Of a DNA stretch of 57,847 nt, positions 27,281 to 35,483 are shown piece by piece. Source of the stretch: Candidatus Omnitrophota bacterium (GTDB lineage: Bacteria; Omnitrophota; Gorgyraeia; Zapsychrales; Fredricksoniimonadaceae). Position numbers and translations under genes: made by a program. Each line of letters begins with the position of its first letter. Position 1 is the stretch's first letter. Where the stretch lies: NCBI GenBank assembly GCA_015228785.1, contig JADGCU010000004.1, positions 1 through 57,847 of the forward strand, written 5' to 3'. The notes under the pieces were generated by a model. It worked only from the letters and a program-made list of their open reading frames with translations. It ran no database searches and had not been told where the DNA came from.

Positions 27281-28507
27281 ATGCCGAAATTTCTTATCAT
27301 ATCAAAAGATCGTGAAGGAACCCAAGAGACGGGGGTTGTTGAGGCTGCTGATCTCGATAAGGCCGTCCTTTCTATTCAGACTCAGGGACGATTTGTTGTG
27401 ACGGTTCAGCCCTTTGATGCGGAAGATATTTCCCGTATGCAGAGTTCAGGCATGTCTACGAAGCGGAAGTTTGCGCGAACAGGTGTCCGCATGATGGACG
27501 TTGTTTCTTTTGCTCGTCAATTGGCGACGATGCTAGAGGCAGGCGTTCCTCTTTTACGCAGTATTTCTGTTATTGAAGAGCAGGTTTCCAGCAAAAAGCT
27601 TTCTGTCGCTCTTTTATCGATTAAGGGCGATATTGAGCAAGGGGAAACGTTTAGTAAAGGACTTAGTAAGTATCCTACTATTTTTGGACAGTTTTGGGTG
27701 AGCCTCGTTGAGGTCGGAGAGGCCTCTGGAACATTGCCGAACATTCTTACCAAGCTAACATCTTATATAGAAGACGCGGCACGATTCCGCGCCCAGGTTA
27801 TTGGTGCTTTAATTTATCCCGCGATTTTAGCTTTTGTATGTATGGGAGCCGTTGTCTTCTTTGCTTTATTCGTTGGCCCAACTTTTGAAAAGGTTTTCAA
27901 AGATATGGGGACGGAATTACCTATGTTGACCGTTGTCATGCTTGCGATCTTTAAATTTCTAAAACAGAATTTCTTTCTGATTATTTTAGGAATGGGGGCG
28001 GTCGCTTATGCTTTGGCCTTGTATATTAAGACGCCTCGAGGACGCTGGCAGTACGAGTCTTTTATATTTAATCTTCCTGTTTTAGGTGAAATTGCCCGTG
28101 AAATTGTTATTGAACGGTTTGCTTCACAACTGGCTGTCTTGGTCGAAAGCGGTGTGCCTATTCTTTTTGGCCTTGATATTACAGAACGACTTGTTGAAAA
28201 TTCTATTTGTGCGCAAGTTATTCGCGATATACGTGAGGCAGCCCGTGAAGGACAGCTGTTGGCAGATCCTATGAGTTTAAGTGGGTTTTTCCCACCCATG
28301 ACGGTTCAGATGGTCAAAGTAGGAGAGGAGACTGGAGAATTGGCCAAGATGTTGGGGCATGTCTCAAGGTATTATAAGCAGGATGTTGAGGAATTTATGA
28401 AAAGGTTCTCAACCGTTATTGAGCCTATCATGCTTGTTGTGATGGGGATCATTATTGGCACCATTGTTATTTCTATGTTTTTGCCTTTATTCAATCTTTC
28501 AGGATAA
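27281..28507 (+). CDS. pilC: GspF/PilC-family inner-membrane platform protein
   Basis: 408 aa with a duplicated T2SSF pattern (FARQLATMLEAGVPLLRSI / FASQLAVLVESGVPILFGL; VEVGEASG / VKVGEETG) and three TM segments. Confidence 0.93.
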   Translation: MPKFLIISKDREGTQETGVVEAADLDKAVLSIQTQGRFVVTVQPFDAEDISRMQSSGMSTKRKFARTGVRMMDVVSFARQLATMLEAGVPLLRSISVIEEQVSSKKLSVALLSIKGDIEQGETFSKGLSKYPTIFGQFWVSLVEVGEASGTLPNILTKLTSYIEDAARFRAQVIGALIYPAILAFVCMGAVVFFALFVGPTFEKVFKDMGTELPMLTVVMLAIFKFLKQNFFLIILGMGAVAYALALYIKTPRGRWQYESFIFNLPVLGEIAREIVIERFASQLAVLVESGVPILFGLDITERLVENSICAQVIRDIREAAREGQLLADPMSLSGFFPPMTVQMVKVGEETGELAKMLGHVSRYYKQDVEEFMKRFSTVIEPIMLVVMGIIIGTIVISMFLPLFNLSG

Positions 28508-28724
28508 ATGCTGTATATAGAGGAGCTTAATTATTATAGAATGACCTTGTCTTCTCTATAGATATATGGCATACTTTTTATAGAAAATGATTGGCTGAAG
28601 GCAGGCACAGGGTTATTTATTTGTCCTTATATCGCATCTTTTAGGATTGCCTTTCCATCAGCTTTTATATAAAGGCACTTTATCGCGAAGAAAGGAGGCG
28701 GATAGATCTTAAGCGGCCATTATC

Positions 28725-28733
28725 TGGTATTAT
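28725..28733 (+). promoter_or_regulatory. candidate extended -10 promoter element for the major pilin gene
   Basis: TGGTATTAT (TGnTATTAT) lies about 26 nt upstream of ATG 28759, with the GGAGGA RBS at 28749-28754 in between. There is no convincing -35. Pattern match only. Confidence 0.3.
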
Positions 28734-28758
28734 ATTTTAATAATAATTGGAGGAAAAT

Positions 28759-29178
28759 ATGAAGAATAAAGGGTTTACACTTATTGAAATCATCATTGTT
28801 ATCGTTATTTTAGGCATCATGGCATCCTTGGCTCTTCCCAAAATTACCTCAACAATTGGAAGAGGTAATATTCCGCAAGGATTAGAAGTTATGGGTAAAA
28901 TCCAAAGGGAGATGGATCAGTGCGCTCAAATGGCAGCAACATCTGAGTGCGATTCGTTTGCCGAGTTGGGGTATACTGCTGATGTAGATACTGGTGGTAC
29001 CTATTCGAAAAATGGATGGGATTATACCGTATCGACTACTAATATACAAGGAGTCTGTACAAAGTGCAGTCCAAACGGCACTATTACTTTTACTATAACA
29101 TCAGCTAGCAATGATGGGGTAACGATTAATACTCAAGATGCTTCTGGAGCATTCGCTGGATTTAAGTTTAAGAATTAA
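28759..29178 (+). CDS. type IV prepilin, probable major subunit
   Basis: Canonical class III signal MKNKG|FTLIEIIIVIVILGIMASLALP (Gly-1, Phe+1, Glu+5). It is the first pilin gene, has its own long upstream region, and is followed by a strong terminator. Confidence 0.9.
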   Translation: MKNKGFTLIEIIIVIVILGIMASLALPKITSTIGRGNIPQGLEVMGKIQREMDQCAQMAATSECDSFAELGYTADVDTGGTYSKNGWDYTVSTTNIQGVCTKCSPNGTITFTITSASNDGVTINTQDASGAFAGFKFKN

Positions 29179-29190
29179 TGGTTTTTAAAA

Positions 29191-29235
29191 GGACCCTCCC
29201 TTGGCAGTTATCATGTTAAGGGAGGGTTCTTTCTA
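29191..29235 (+). terminator. rho-independent terminator/attenuator after the first pilin gene
   Basis: ACCCTCCCTT (29193-29202) pairs perfectly with AAGGGAGGGT (29218-29227), followed by TCTTTCT. Confidence 0.75.
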
Positions 29236-29244
29236 AGGATTAAA

Positions 29245-29673
29245 ATGAAGGGCGTGTTAGGAAGAAAAAACATGAAAGCTTTTACACTTGTTGAAGTTAT
29301 CATTGTTGTTGTTATTTTAGGAATCATTGCGGGCCTTGGGGTTCCCATGATTGCAGGTCCTTCTTTGGAAAAGGCATCGTTCTCTGAAGCCCTTCATCAA
29401 CTGACCTCTTACGTAACTGCGGAAAAATCTTATTATTTTGATAATAATTCTCAGTATGCTGGACTTTGTGGGAAATTGGATGTAGATGTTTATTTTAAGG
29501 GTTTTGACAGTATTGATTGTAGTGCTGGGGGTATACCAGGGGTGATATCGATCAGGCGCAGTGAAGGGCCTGAAGCGGGTTATCATGTCAAGGTTGACGC
29601 CACTAAGTCTCCTCCGGAATATAAATGTAATGACTGTCCTCTATATTTACAGAAACTTTTACCACAAAATTAA
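29245..29673 (+). CDS. type IV pilin-like protein (Ala at -1)
   Basis: N-terminus ...NMKA|FTLVEVIIVVVILGIIAGLGVP. The alternative start ATG 29272 would give the short leader MKA. Four Cys lie in the C-terminal half. Confidence 0.85.
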   Translation: MKGVLGRKNMKAFTLVEVIIVVVILGIIAGLGVPMIAGPSLEKASFSEALHQLTSYVTAEKSYYFDNNSQYAGLCGKLDVDVYFKGFDSIDCSAGGIPGVISIRRSEGPEAGYHVKVDATKSPPEYKCNDCPLYLQKLLPQN

Positions 29674-29696
29674 TCCTGATACGAGAAGAAGGACCT

Positions 29697-30107
29697 ATGG
29701 TTAAAGTCATGAATATTCATCAGAAGGCGTTCACCTTAGTTGAAATATTGATCGTGATCATCATTGTGGGGATCGTTGCCGGATTTGGGATTCCGAATTT
29801 TTCAAAATCTATAGGAAGGTCCAGGGTCAGGGATGCGATGAACAATCTTTCTGTTATTCATGCGGCTAACGCTATTTATGAAGTCAGGAACAATGCTAAT
29901 GTTTCCGGAGATCTTGATGCTATTAATGATAAGCTTAAGTTGAATATTATATCATCCGGAGGGACAATATATCAATGTTCCACTGGCATATGCACCGCGA
30001 CTTCTGCGGCAGGCACGAGTGATTTCGTGGTCACAATGAACCTTAACGCGGCACTAGAGAAAACGAATTTAGTTTGTTCGCCTTCTAGTTCTTCTTCATG
30101 TCCGTAA
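29697..30107 (+). CDS. type IV pilin-like protein (Ala at -1, Ser-run C-terminus)
   Basis: N-terminus MVKVMNIHQKA|FTLVEILIVIIIVGIVAGFGIP. The C-terminus is ...VCSPSSSSSCP. Confidence 0.85.
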   Translation: MVKVMNIHQKAFTLVEILIVIIIVGIVAGFGIPNFSKSIGRSRVRDAMNNLSVIHAANAIYEVRNNANVSGDLDAINDKLKLNIISSGGTIYQCSTGICTATSAAGTSDFVVTMNLNAALEKTNLVCSPSSSSSCP

Positions 30108-30157
30108 CATGTTTTTATAAGAACAGGGCGTTTTGTTATTCCTAAAGGGTTGTTAAT

Positions 30158-30520
30158 ATGTATATGCGTAACATAAAGAAAAGCGTTAAAGCCTTTTCTA
30201 TGGTTGAGGTCATCGTGGCTTCCATTATTTTAATGACCACAATTACGCTTGTTTTTGGCACTATAGCCAATACGCGAAAGCCCGTTGTTGTGTCTACTCG
30301 TAAGCTTCGGGCAGCGACTTATGCGCAAGAAGTCCTTGATACCCTTCGAACACGCGTAAATGATAGTGAATGGAATAACGCAACTGTTCTTAAGGAGGGG
30401 GACCATTATCTCAATGAGATCCTTGCTGCTCCAACAGGTGTTAGCGGAACGTATAAGATTAAAGATGAGAATGGATTTAAGAAGGTCACGGCTAATGTCA
30501 CATACAACGATGATATATAA
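30158..30520 (+). CDS. minor pseudopilin-like protein (GspI/PilV-sized, Ala at -1)
   Basis: N-terminus ...KSVKA|FSMVEVIVASIILMTTITLVFG with Glu+5. 120 aa. Confidence 0.75.
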   Translation: MYMRNIKKSVKAFSMVEVIVASIILMTTITLVFGTIANTRKPVVVSTRKLRAATYAQEVLDTLRTRVNDSEWNNATVLKEGDHYLNEILAAPTGVSGTYKIKDENGFKKVTANVTYNDDI

Positions 30521-31181
30521 GGTGGGATCTGATAGGTCTGTCTTTTTATCTCGCGGCCTTACCTTGTCAGAACTTTTAATCGCCACAACTATTGTTACTG
30601 TTGTCCTTTTGGGACTGGGGGTTGCCGGTGTTGCGATGAAAAAGATGGATACCGGTTATGTGCGTGATACCGCCCTCTATATGAAGTTGGCTGCTATAGG
30701 GGAAGATATTCGTCTTTCTGCTTTAGAGGCTCGCGGTACACGGAAGGATCCAGGTATTTTTGTAGATTCTTCGATATATAAAATGTGTTTTCGTTACCGC
30801 ATAACAGAGGATCCTAATGTAAAAGATTGGCGTTGTTATTCTTTTTTGCCCGATGAGTCGCCTCAAACAAAATTTTATTCTTGTAATTTGTACGAGCCCG
30901 GAGCATGTACGGATAAAGGCCGCAGGACGTATCTGGGAGATCTCAATCAAGATGTTTTTTCAACTTCTGGTTCTAATAAATATTGTAATGCTCCCACTTT
31001 TGATGCGTCTCTTAACACGGAAGATCATAATCTCAGGTTTAAATTGATCGTTCGCGAGGATAATACGTGTAAGAAATGCGGAGCTTCCCCAAGTTGCCAT
31101 GAGCGTTTAAATAATGGGACAGAAGATAATTCTCAGGAATGGATTGAATATACCATTTATCCAGAGGCCCACAGTTTTTGA
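30510..31181 (+). CDS. large Cys-rich minor pseudopilin-like protein (GspJ/PilW-like size)
   Basis: ATG 30510 gives MIYKVGSDRSVFLSRG|LTLSELLIATTIVTVVLLGLGVA (Gly-1, Glu+5) and overlaps the previous stop by 11 nt. The ORF-track extension back to 30360 is in a frame overlapping the previous pilin and is not credited. Confidence 0.75.
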   Translation: MIYKVGSDRSVFLSRGLTLSELLIATTIVTVVLLGLGVAGVAMKKMDTGYVRDTALYMKLAAIGEDIRLSALEARGTRKDPGIFVDSSIYKMCFRYRITEDPNVKDWRCYSFLPDESPQTKFYSCNLYEPGACTDKGRRTYLGDLNQDVFSTSGSNKYCNAPTFDASLNTEDHNLRFKLIVREDNTCKKCGASPSCHERLNNGTEDNSQEWIEYTIYPEAHSF

Positions 31182-31182
31182 T

Positions 31183-31917
31183 ATGCCCCGTTTCTTCATT
31201 CCAAATATTTCTTTAAAAGATCAGAATATAATCATTAGTGCGGCTGATGAGGCGCATCATATTGTTCGCGTTTTGCGTTTAAAGACAGGGGATGATGTTG
31301 AGTTGATCAATGGCTTAGGAACATTGGCGCGCGGGGTCATAACCCGTATCCTTGATCATGAAGTCTTTATTCGCATTAACGATTGCCTGACAATGAAGCC
31401 ACGGGAAAAAGGAAGAATTATTCTCGCTTGCGCGCTTCCTAAAAAGGCCAAGTTTGAAGTGATCCTTGAGAAGTGCACGGAATTAGGGGTGGATGAGATC
31501 ATCCCCATGATGACGGAACGTACTGAAGTCCGTCCTCATTCGGGAGGGGGGAAAGAGGAACGTTTTGAGAAGGTTATCGTGAATGCGTCTAAGCAGTCTA
31601 AACGACTTTTCTTTCCAATCCTTCATCCTGTGATGACTTTTGATGATGTGTTGACCAGGTTTGCTTCCCCAGAGCGTGTTGTTTTTATCCCCTGGCTTGA
31701 AGGCAATCGGATTTCACTCAAGGACGCAGTCTCCCGAAATCCTTCTTCGAAAGACTTTCTTGTTTTGATAGGGCCGGAAGGCGATTTCACCTCTCAGGAG
31801 GTTGAGCGATCGATAGAACGGGGAGCCTTGGCGGTCACCTTAGGGGACAACACTCTGAAGGTTGACACCGCGGCTACGGCTGTCGTTGCAGGGCTGAGAC
31901 TTTTTTGTGATGCTTAA
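31183..31917 (+). CDS. rsmE: 16S rRNA (uracil1498-N3)-methyltransferase
   Basis: MPRFFI start, HHIVRVLRLKTGD (PUA-like N-domain) and a SPOUT C-domain (LIGPEGDFTSQEV). ATG 31183 is 1 nt after the preceding stop. Confidence 0.85.
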   Translation: MPRFFIPNISLKDQNIIISAADEAHHIVRVLRLKTGDDVELINGLGTLARGVITRILDHEVFIRINDCLTMKPREKGRIILACALPKKAKFEVILEKCTELGVDEIIPMMTERTEVRPHSGGGKEERFEKVIVNASKQSKRLFFPILHPVMTFDDVLTRFASPERVVFIPWLEGNRISLKDAVSRNPSSKDFLVLIGPEGDFTSQEVERSIERGALAVTLGDNTLKVDTAATAVVAGLRLFCDA

Positions 31918-33616
31918 AATGACAGTTTACCAGAAGCACATCATCTCCCTTGTTATTATTACATTGGCTGTTTGGTGTCTTTCTCTTAAGAATGGATTCT
32001 TGGGAGATGATATGCTTCTTTTCTTGCAAAATTCTTTTTATTCTTCCTTTGATAATGTGAAGACGCTTTTTTCTGCATCTTATAACACAACATCAGATAA
32101 TTTGCTCCTTCATTCGCAGATGAACAAAGGGTCAGGGTCTGTGGCGTATCGCCCCGTATTGAGCATGACATATTTCTTTGATGCCGTACTGTGGGGAAGA
32201 AATCCATTCGGGTTTCATTTGACAAATTTGATTATTCATACAGTTAATGTTTGTCTTGTTTATAACTTTATTTTTAGATTATTTGGTTTATATGGACTTT
32301 CATTTCTAACGGCCCTCTTTTTTTCGATCCATCCCGTTCAATCTGAAGCGATTTGCGCGATCGGATATCGCGCTGACCTTCTTGTTACGCTGTGGGTTCT
32401 TTTATCTGCAATCTCCTGGATGGCATTTCGGCGAGGCAAGATGGCGGGGTTTCTTGGAGCTATCCTTTTTTACTTATTAGCACTTCTTTCCAAGGAATCT
32501 GCTGCGTTTCTTCCATTCTGGTTCCTTGTCTTTGACCGATGGAAAAAGGTATCTTGGAAAGAAATTTCATGGCCCTATTTTGGATTTTGTTTGGCGGCTA
32601 GTTCATACCTTTATCTGTATTTTATTGTTTTTCCTAATACATCTCTTCATGCCTTTCATATGGGGTGGCTTGAAAAGTTGTCTGTTTGTGGTAAAAGCTG
32701 GACCAACTATATTACATATTTTCTTTTGCCAATCCTTGTTGTTCCATTTCCGCCCCTTTATTACACTTTTCCTCGACCTTTATCGTTAACAAGTGAAATC
32801 TGGTTTTTAGCTGTATTCTTTGTGTTGGCAGGGATCCTGTTGGTTAAGAGGTCTACGCCACAGCGACCGTACCATTTAATGGGATTATGGGCGGCCCTCT
32901 TCTTTTTTCCGGCATCAGGGATTATTTCTAATCCTAATCCCGTCGCGCTTCGATACCTATATTTCCCCGGGGTTGGTGTTTACTTGATCTTGGCTGTTAT
33001 TCTGGAATGGATAGCGCATACAGCATTTTTCCAGTCGCCCACTAAACGCAAGAAAATTATTCTCTGTTCAATCTTTGTGGGAATGTGTCTTGCGGGAACA
33101 TATGTTAACATCAATTACTGGAAGAATTATTTTACGATGGGCAGCTGTTTATCTAAAGAATTCCCTGATCATTATTTTGGCCATCTTATTTTAGGAGAAT
33201 TTTGGGCAGGCAAAGGATATCCTGGGAAGGCGGTTCAAGAATTTAATATTGCCCTTGATGACCGCAGAGCGAACTCTCCCTTCCTTGTTTATTCCGCAGG
33301 ATTGGCTTATTTAGATCTAAAGGATTATGCCAGGGCTCGGCAAGCCTTTGAATTTCTGATAGTTCGAGGCAGTAAGTATGGGTTAGGATATCGCGGGATG
33401 GGGATGCTTTCTTTTCAGCAAGAGAAGTATTCTGATGCTGTTTCTTATCTTGAAAAAGCACTTGCTTTGGATCCTCTGATTTCTGATATGATTTTGCTTT
33501 TAAAAGCATATGATGCTCTTGACAACATTGCGAAGGTGGAGGAGTTGTTAGAGAAAAGTAAAAACTTATTCCCGGATTCAAAGATACAGAGGCAGCCTAA
33601 GGGGGCGCATCAATGA
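31907..33616 (+). CDS. TMTC-like GT-C fold membrane glycosyltransferase with C-terminal TPR domain (paralog 1)
   Basis: Multi-pass membrane N-domain. It has a first-loop FLGDDM acidic motif and GSVAYRPVLSMTYFFDAVLWGRNPFGFHLTNLIIH, typical of the PMT/TMTC-type family. TPR-like repeats occupy the last ~130 aa. Confidence 0.75.
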   Translation: MMLKMTVYQKHIISLVIITLAVWCLSLKNGFLGDDMLLFLQNSFYSSFDNVKTLFSASYNTTSDNLLLHSQMNKGSGSVAYRPVLSMTYFFDAVLWGRNPFGFHLTNLIIHTVNVCLVYNFIFRLFGLYGLSFLTALFFSIHPVQSEAICAIGYRADLLVTLWVLLSAISWMAFRRGKMAGFLGAILFYLLALLSKESAAFLPFWFLVFDRWKKVSWKEISWPYFGFCLAASSYLYLYFIVFPNTSLHAFHMGWLEKLSVCGKSWTNYITYFLLPILVVPFPPLYYTFPRPLSLTSEIWFLAVFFVLAGILLVKRSTPQRPYHLMGLWAALFFFPASGIISNPNPVALRYLYFPGVGVYLILAVILEWIAHTAFFQSPTKRKKIILCSIFVGMCLAGTYVNINYWKNYFTMGSCLSKEFPDHYFGHLILGEFWAGKGYPGKAVQEFNIALDDRRANSPFLVYSAGLAYLDLKDYARARQAFEFLIVRGSKYGLGYRGMGMLSFQQEKYSDAVSYLEKALALDPLISDMILLLKAYDALDNIAKVEELLEKSKNLFPDSKIQRQPKGAHQ

Positions 33617-33639
33617 TCCTTTGGAAAATATGAACATTT

Positions 33640-35445
33640 ATGATGAGCAAAATTAATACGCCTAGGAAACATATTCTCGTTCTTATTTTGATTACATTGT
33701 CTGTTTGGGGGATTTCCTTGCAGAACAAGTTTTCTATAGATGACACGTCTTTCTTGGGTAGAAATTCTTTTTATGCTTCTCTTGATAATATTCATAGGAT
33801 TTTTTCTGATTCCTATATCACGAAAGAGGAGCTTAATTTCTCGCTTTCTCAAACTGATAAGGCTTCTGGGTCTGTTGCTTATCGTCCGGCTGCGGATTTG
33901 CCGTATTTCTTTGAATTCGCATTATGGGGAAAGAATCCCTTCGGGTTTCATTTAACAAATTTGCTTATTCATGTTGTAAATGTTTGTCTGGCGTATTGCC
34001 TTCTTTTAGGATTATTTCATAAGCAGGGACTTTCGTTTCTGGCCGCGCTCCTGTTTTCTATTCATCCCGTACAATCCGAGGCAGTCTGCGCTATTGGGTT
34101 TCGTGCTGACCTTCTCGTGACGCTTTGGGTGCTTTTATCTGTTCTCTCTTGGATGGCATTTCGAGATGGTAAGAAAGCGGGTCTTTCTTTGACAATTATG
34201 TGTTATTTGCTCGCACTCTTTTCAAAGGAACCTGCGATCCTTCTTCCGCTGTGGCTTTTGGTGTTTGATCGGTGGAAGGGGATCCCTTGGAAAAAGACAC
34301 TGCGGCCTCAGATATTGTTGTGGATTGCCGCAGGATTTTATCTTATTCTTTATTTCTTTATTTTTCCAAATAGAGCAATCCATGCGCTCGAGCCAAGTTG
34401 GGCTGACAAATTGTCTATATGCGGAAAATCATGGACCACGTATATCTTATATTTCTTTGCCCCTACGCTTGTTACCCCATTTCCGCCACATTATTGGCCT
34501 TTTCCACAAACACTATCTTTGATGAGTGAAATATACTCTTTGCTGCTTGTTTTTATACTTGCAGGAATTCTGGTTGTTAAAAGATCATCGCGAGAGCGCC
34601 CGTACCATTTGATGGGCTTATGGGCAGTCTTTTTCTTTTTTCCCGCTTCAGGAATTATTGTTAATCCGAATCCTGTTGCCCTTCGGTATCTATACTTTCC
34701 TGGTCTTGGCATTTATTTGTTGCTTGCCGTTATTCTTTGGCGTATAGCGCGGCTAGAATTCATGGAACAACTGACGAAGAAATGGAAAGTTCTCTTCTTG
34801 TTTTTCTTCTTAGGTATGTGTTTGATAGGAACTTTTATCAATATAGGTTATTGGAAAGATCGTTTTACAATCGGGCATTTCTTTTCCCAGGAATTCCCTG
34901 ATCATTTCTTTGGGCATTTTGTCTTGGGACAATCTTTGGGAAACAGGGGAGAGCATAGAAGGGCCGTTCAGGAGTTTGCTATTGCTTTAGATGATCCTCG
35001 GGCAAATGATCCGTTACTTGTGTATTCTGCTGGGTTGGCGTATTGGGAACTTAAAGATTATACTAAAGCCCAGCAAGCCTTTGAGTTCTTGATTGAAAGA
35101 GGGGGGAAGCTTTCGTTAGGATATTTTGGAATGGGGATACTCTTTTATTCCCAGAACAAGTATGTAGAGGCTGCCCCTTTCTTTGAAAAGGCATTAACCT
35201 TAGACAAGACCCCTTCACATATGATATTTCTTTTGCAAACATATTTCAATTTAGGGGACACTGAGAAAATAGAAGAATTGATAAAAAAAAGTAAGATTCT
35301 CTTTCCAAAGGAAGACCTAAAAAGGCGCGGTCATCGAGTTCCTCAAGAAACGTCTGCGGTCTTGGATTCGCCTTCTTTGCTTCCTGGTGACATGGAGTTT
35401 TATTTCGCTTCTCAGCCTAAAAAGAGGTCCTTTCTGAGAGAGTGA
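33640..35445 (+). CDS. TMTC-like GT-C fold membrane glycosyltransferase with C-terminal TPR domain (paralog 2)
   Basis: Collinear with paralog 1 and shares long identical runs (NPFGFHLTNL, SIHPVQSEA, RADLLVTLWVLLS, RPYHLMGLWA, NPNPVALRYLYFPG, LVYSAGLAY). It has an extra ~30 aa C-terminal tail. Confidence 0.75.
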   Translation: MMSKINTPRKHILVLILITLSVWGISLQNKFSIDDTSFLGRNSFYASLDNIHRIFSDSYITKEELNFSLSQTDKASGSVAYRPAADLPYFFEFALWGKNPFGFHLTNLLIHVVNVCLAYCLLLGLFHKQGLSFLAALLFSIHPVQSEAVCAIGFRADLLVTLWVLLSVLSWMAFRDGKKAGLSLTIMCYLLALFSKEPAILLPLWLLVFDRWKGIPWKKTLRPQILLWIAAGFYLILYFFIFPNRAIHALEPSWADKLSICGKSWTTYILYFFAPTLVTPFPPHYWPFPQTLSLMSEIYSLLLVFILAGILVVKRSSRERPYHLMGLWAVFFFFPASGIIVNPNPVALRYLYFPGLGIYLLLAVILWRIARLEFMEQLTKKWKVLFLFFFLGMCLIGTFINIGYWKDRFTIGHFFSQEFPDHFFGHFVLGQSLGNRGEHRRAVQEFAIALDDPRANDPLLVYSAGLAYWELKDYTKAQQAFEFLIERGGKLSLGYFGMGILFYSQNKYVEAAPFFEKALTLDKTPSHMIFLLQTYFNLGDTEKIEELIKKSKILFPKEDLKRRGHRVPQETSAVLDSPSLLPGDMEFYFASQPKKRSFLRE

Positions 35446-35454
35446 AACTCCTTT

Positions 35455-35483
35455 TTGACATCCCTAGACCCTTTATGTATAAT
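35455..35483 (+). promoter_or_regulatory. sigma70-type promoter upstream of recA
   Basis: Perfect TTGACA (35455-35460), a 17-nt spacer, then perfect TATAAT (35478-35483). It lies about 47 nt upstream of recA ATG 35530, with GGGAGG at 35517-35522. Confidence 0.6.

Noticed and set aside
28508-28758. A c-di-GMP riboswitch or other known leader RNA upstream of the major pilin gene.
   Set aside because: I could not find the conserved GEMM-type helices or tetraloop/receptor features, or any other riboswitch core, by eye. A covariance-model scan is needed before any such claim.
30360-30509. A 50-codon upstream extension of the fifth pilin ORF, overlapping the fourth pilin gene.
   Set aside because: The extension has no pilin-like features. 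ATG 30510 yields a normal basic leader followed by G|LTLSE, so the extension is an out-of-frame overlap artefact.
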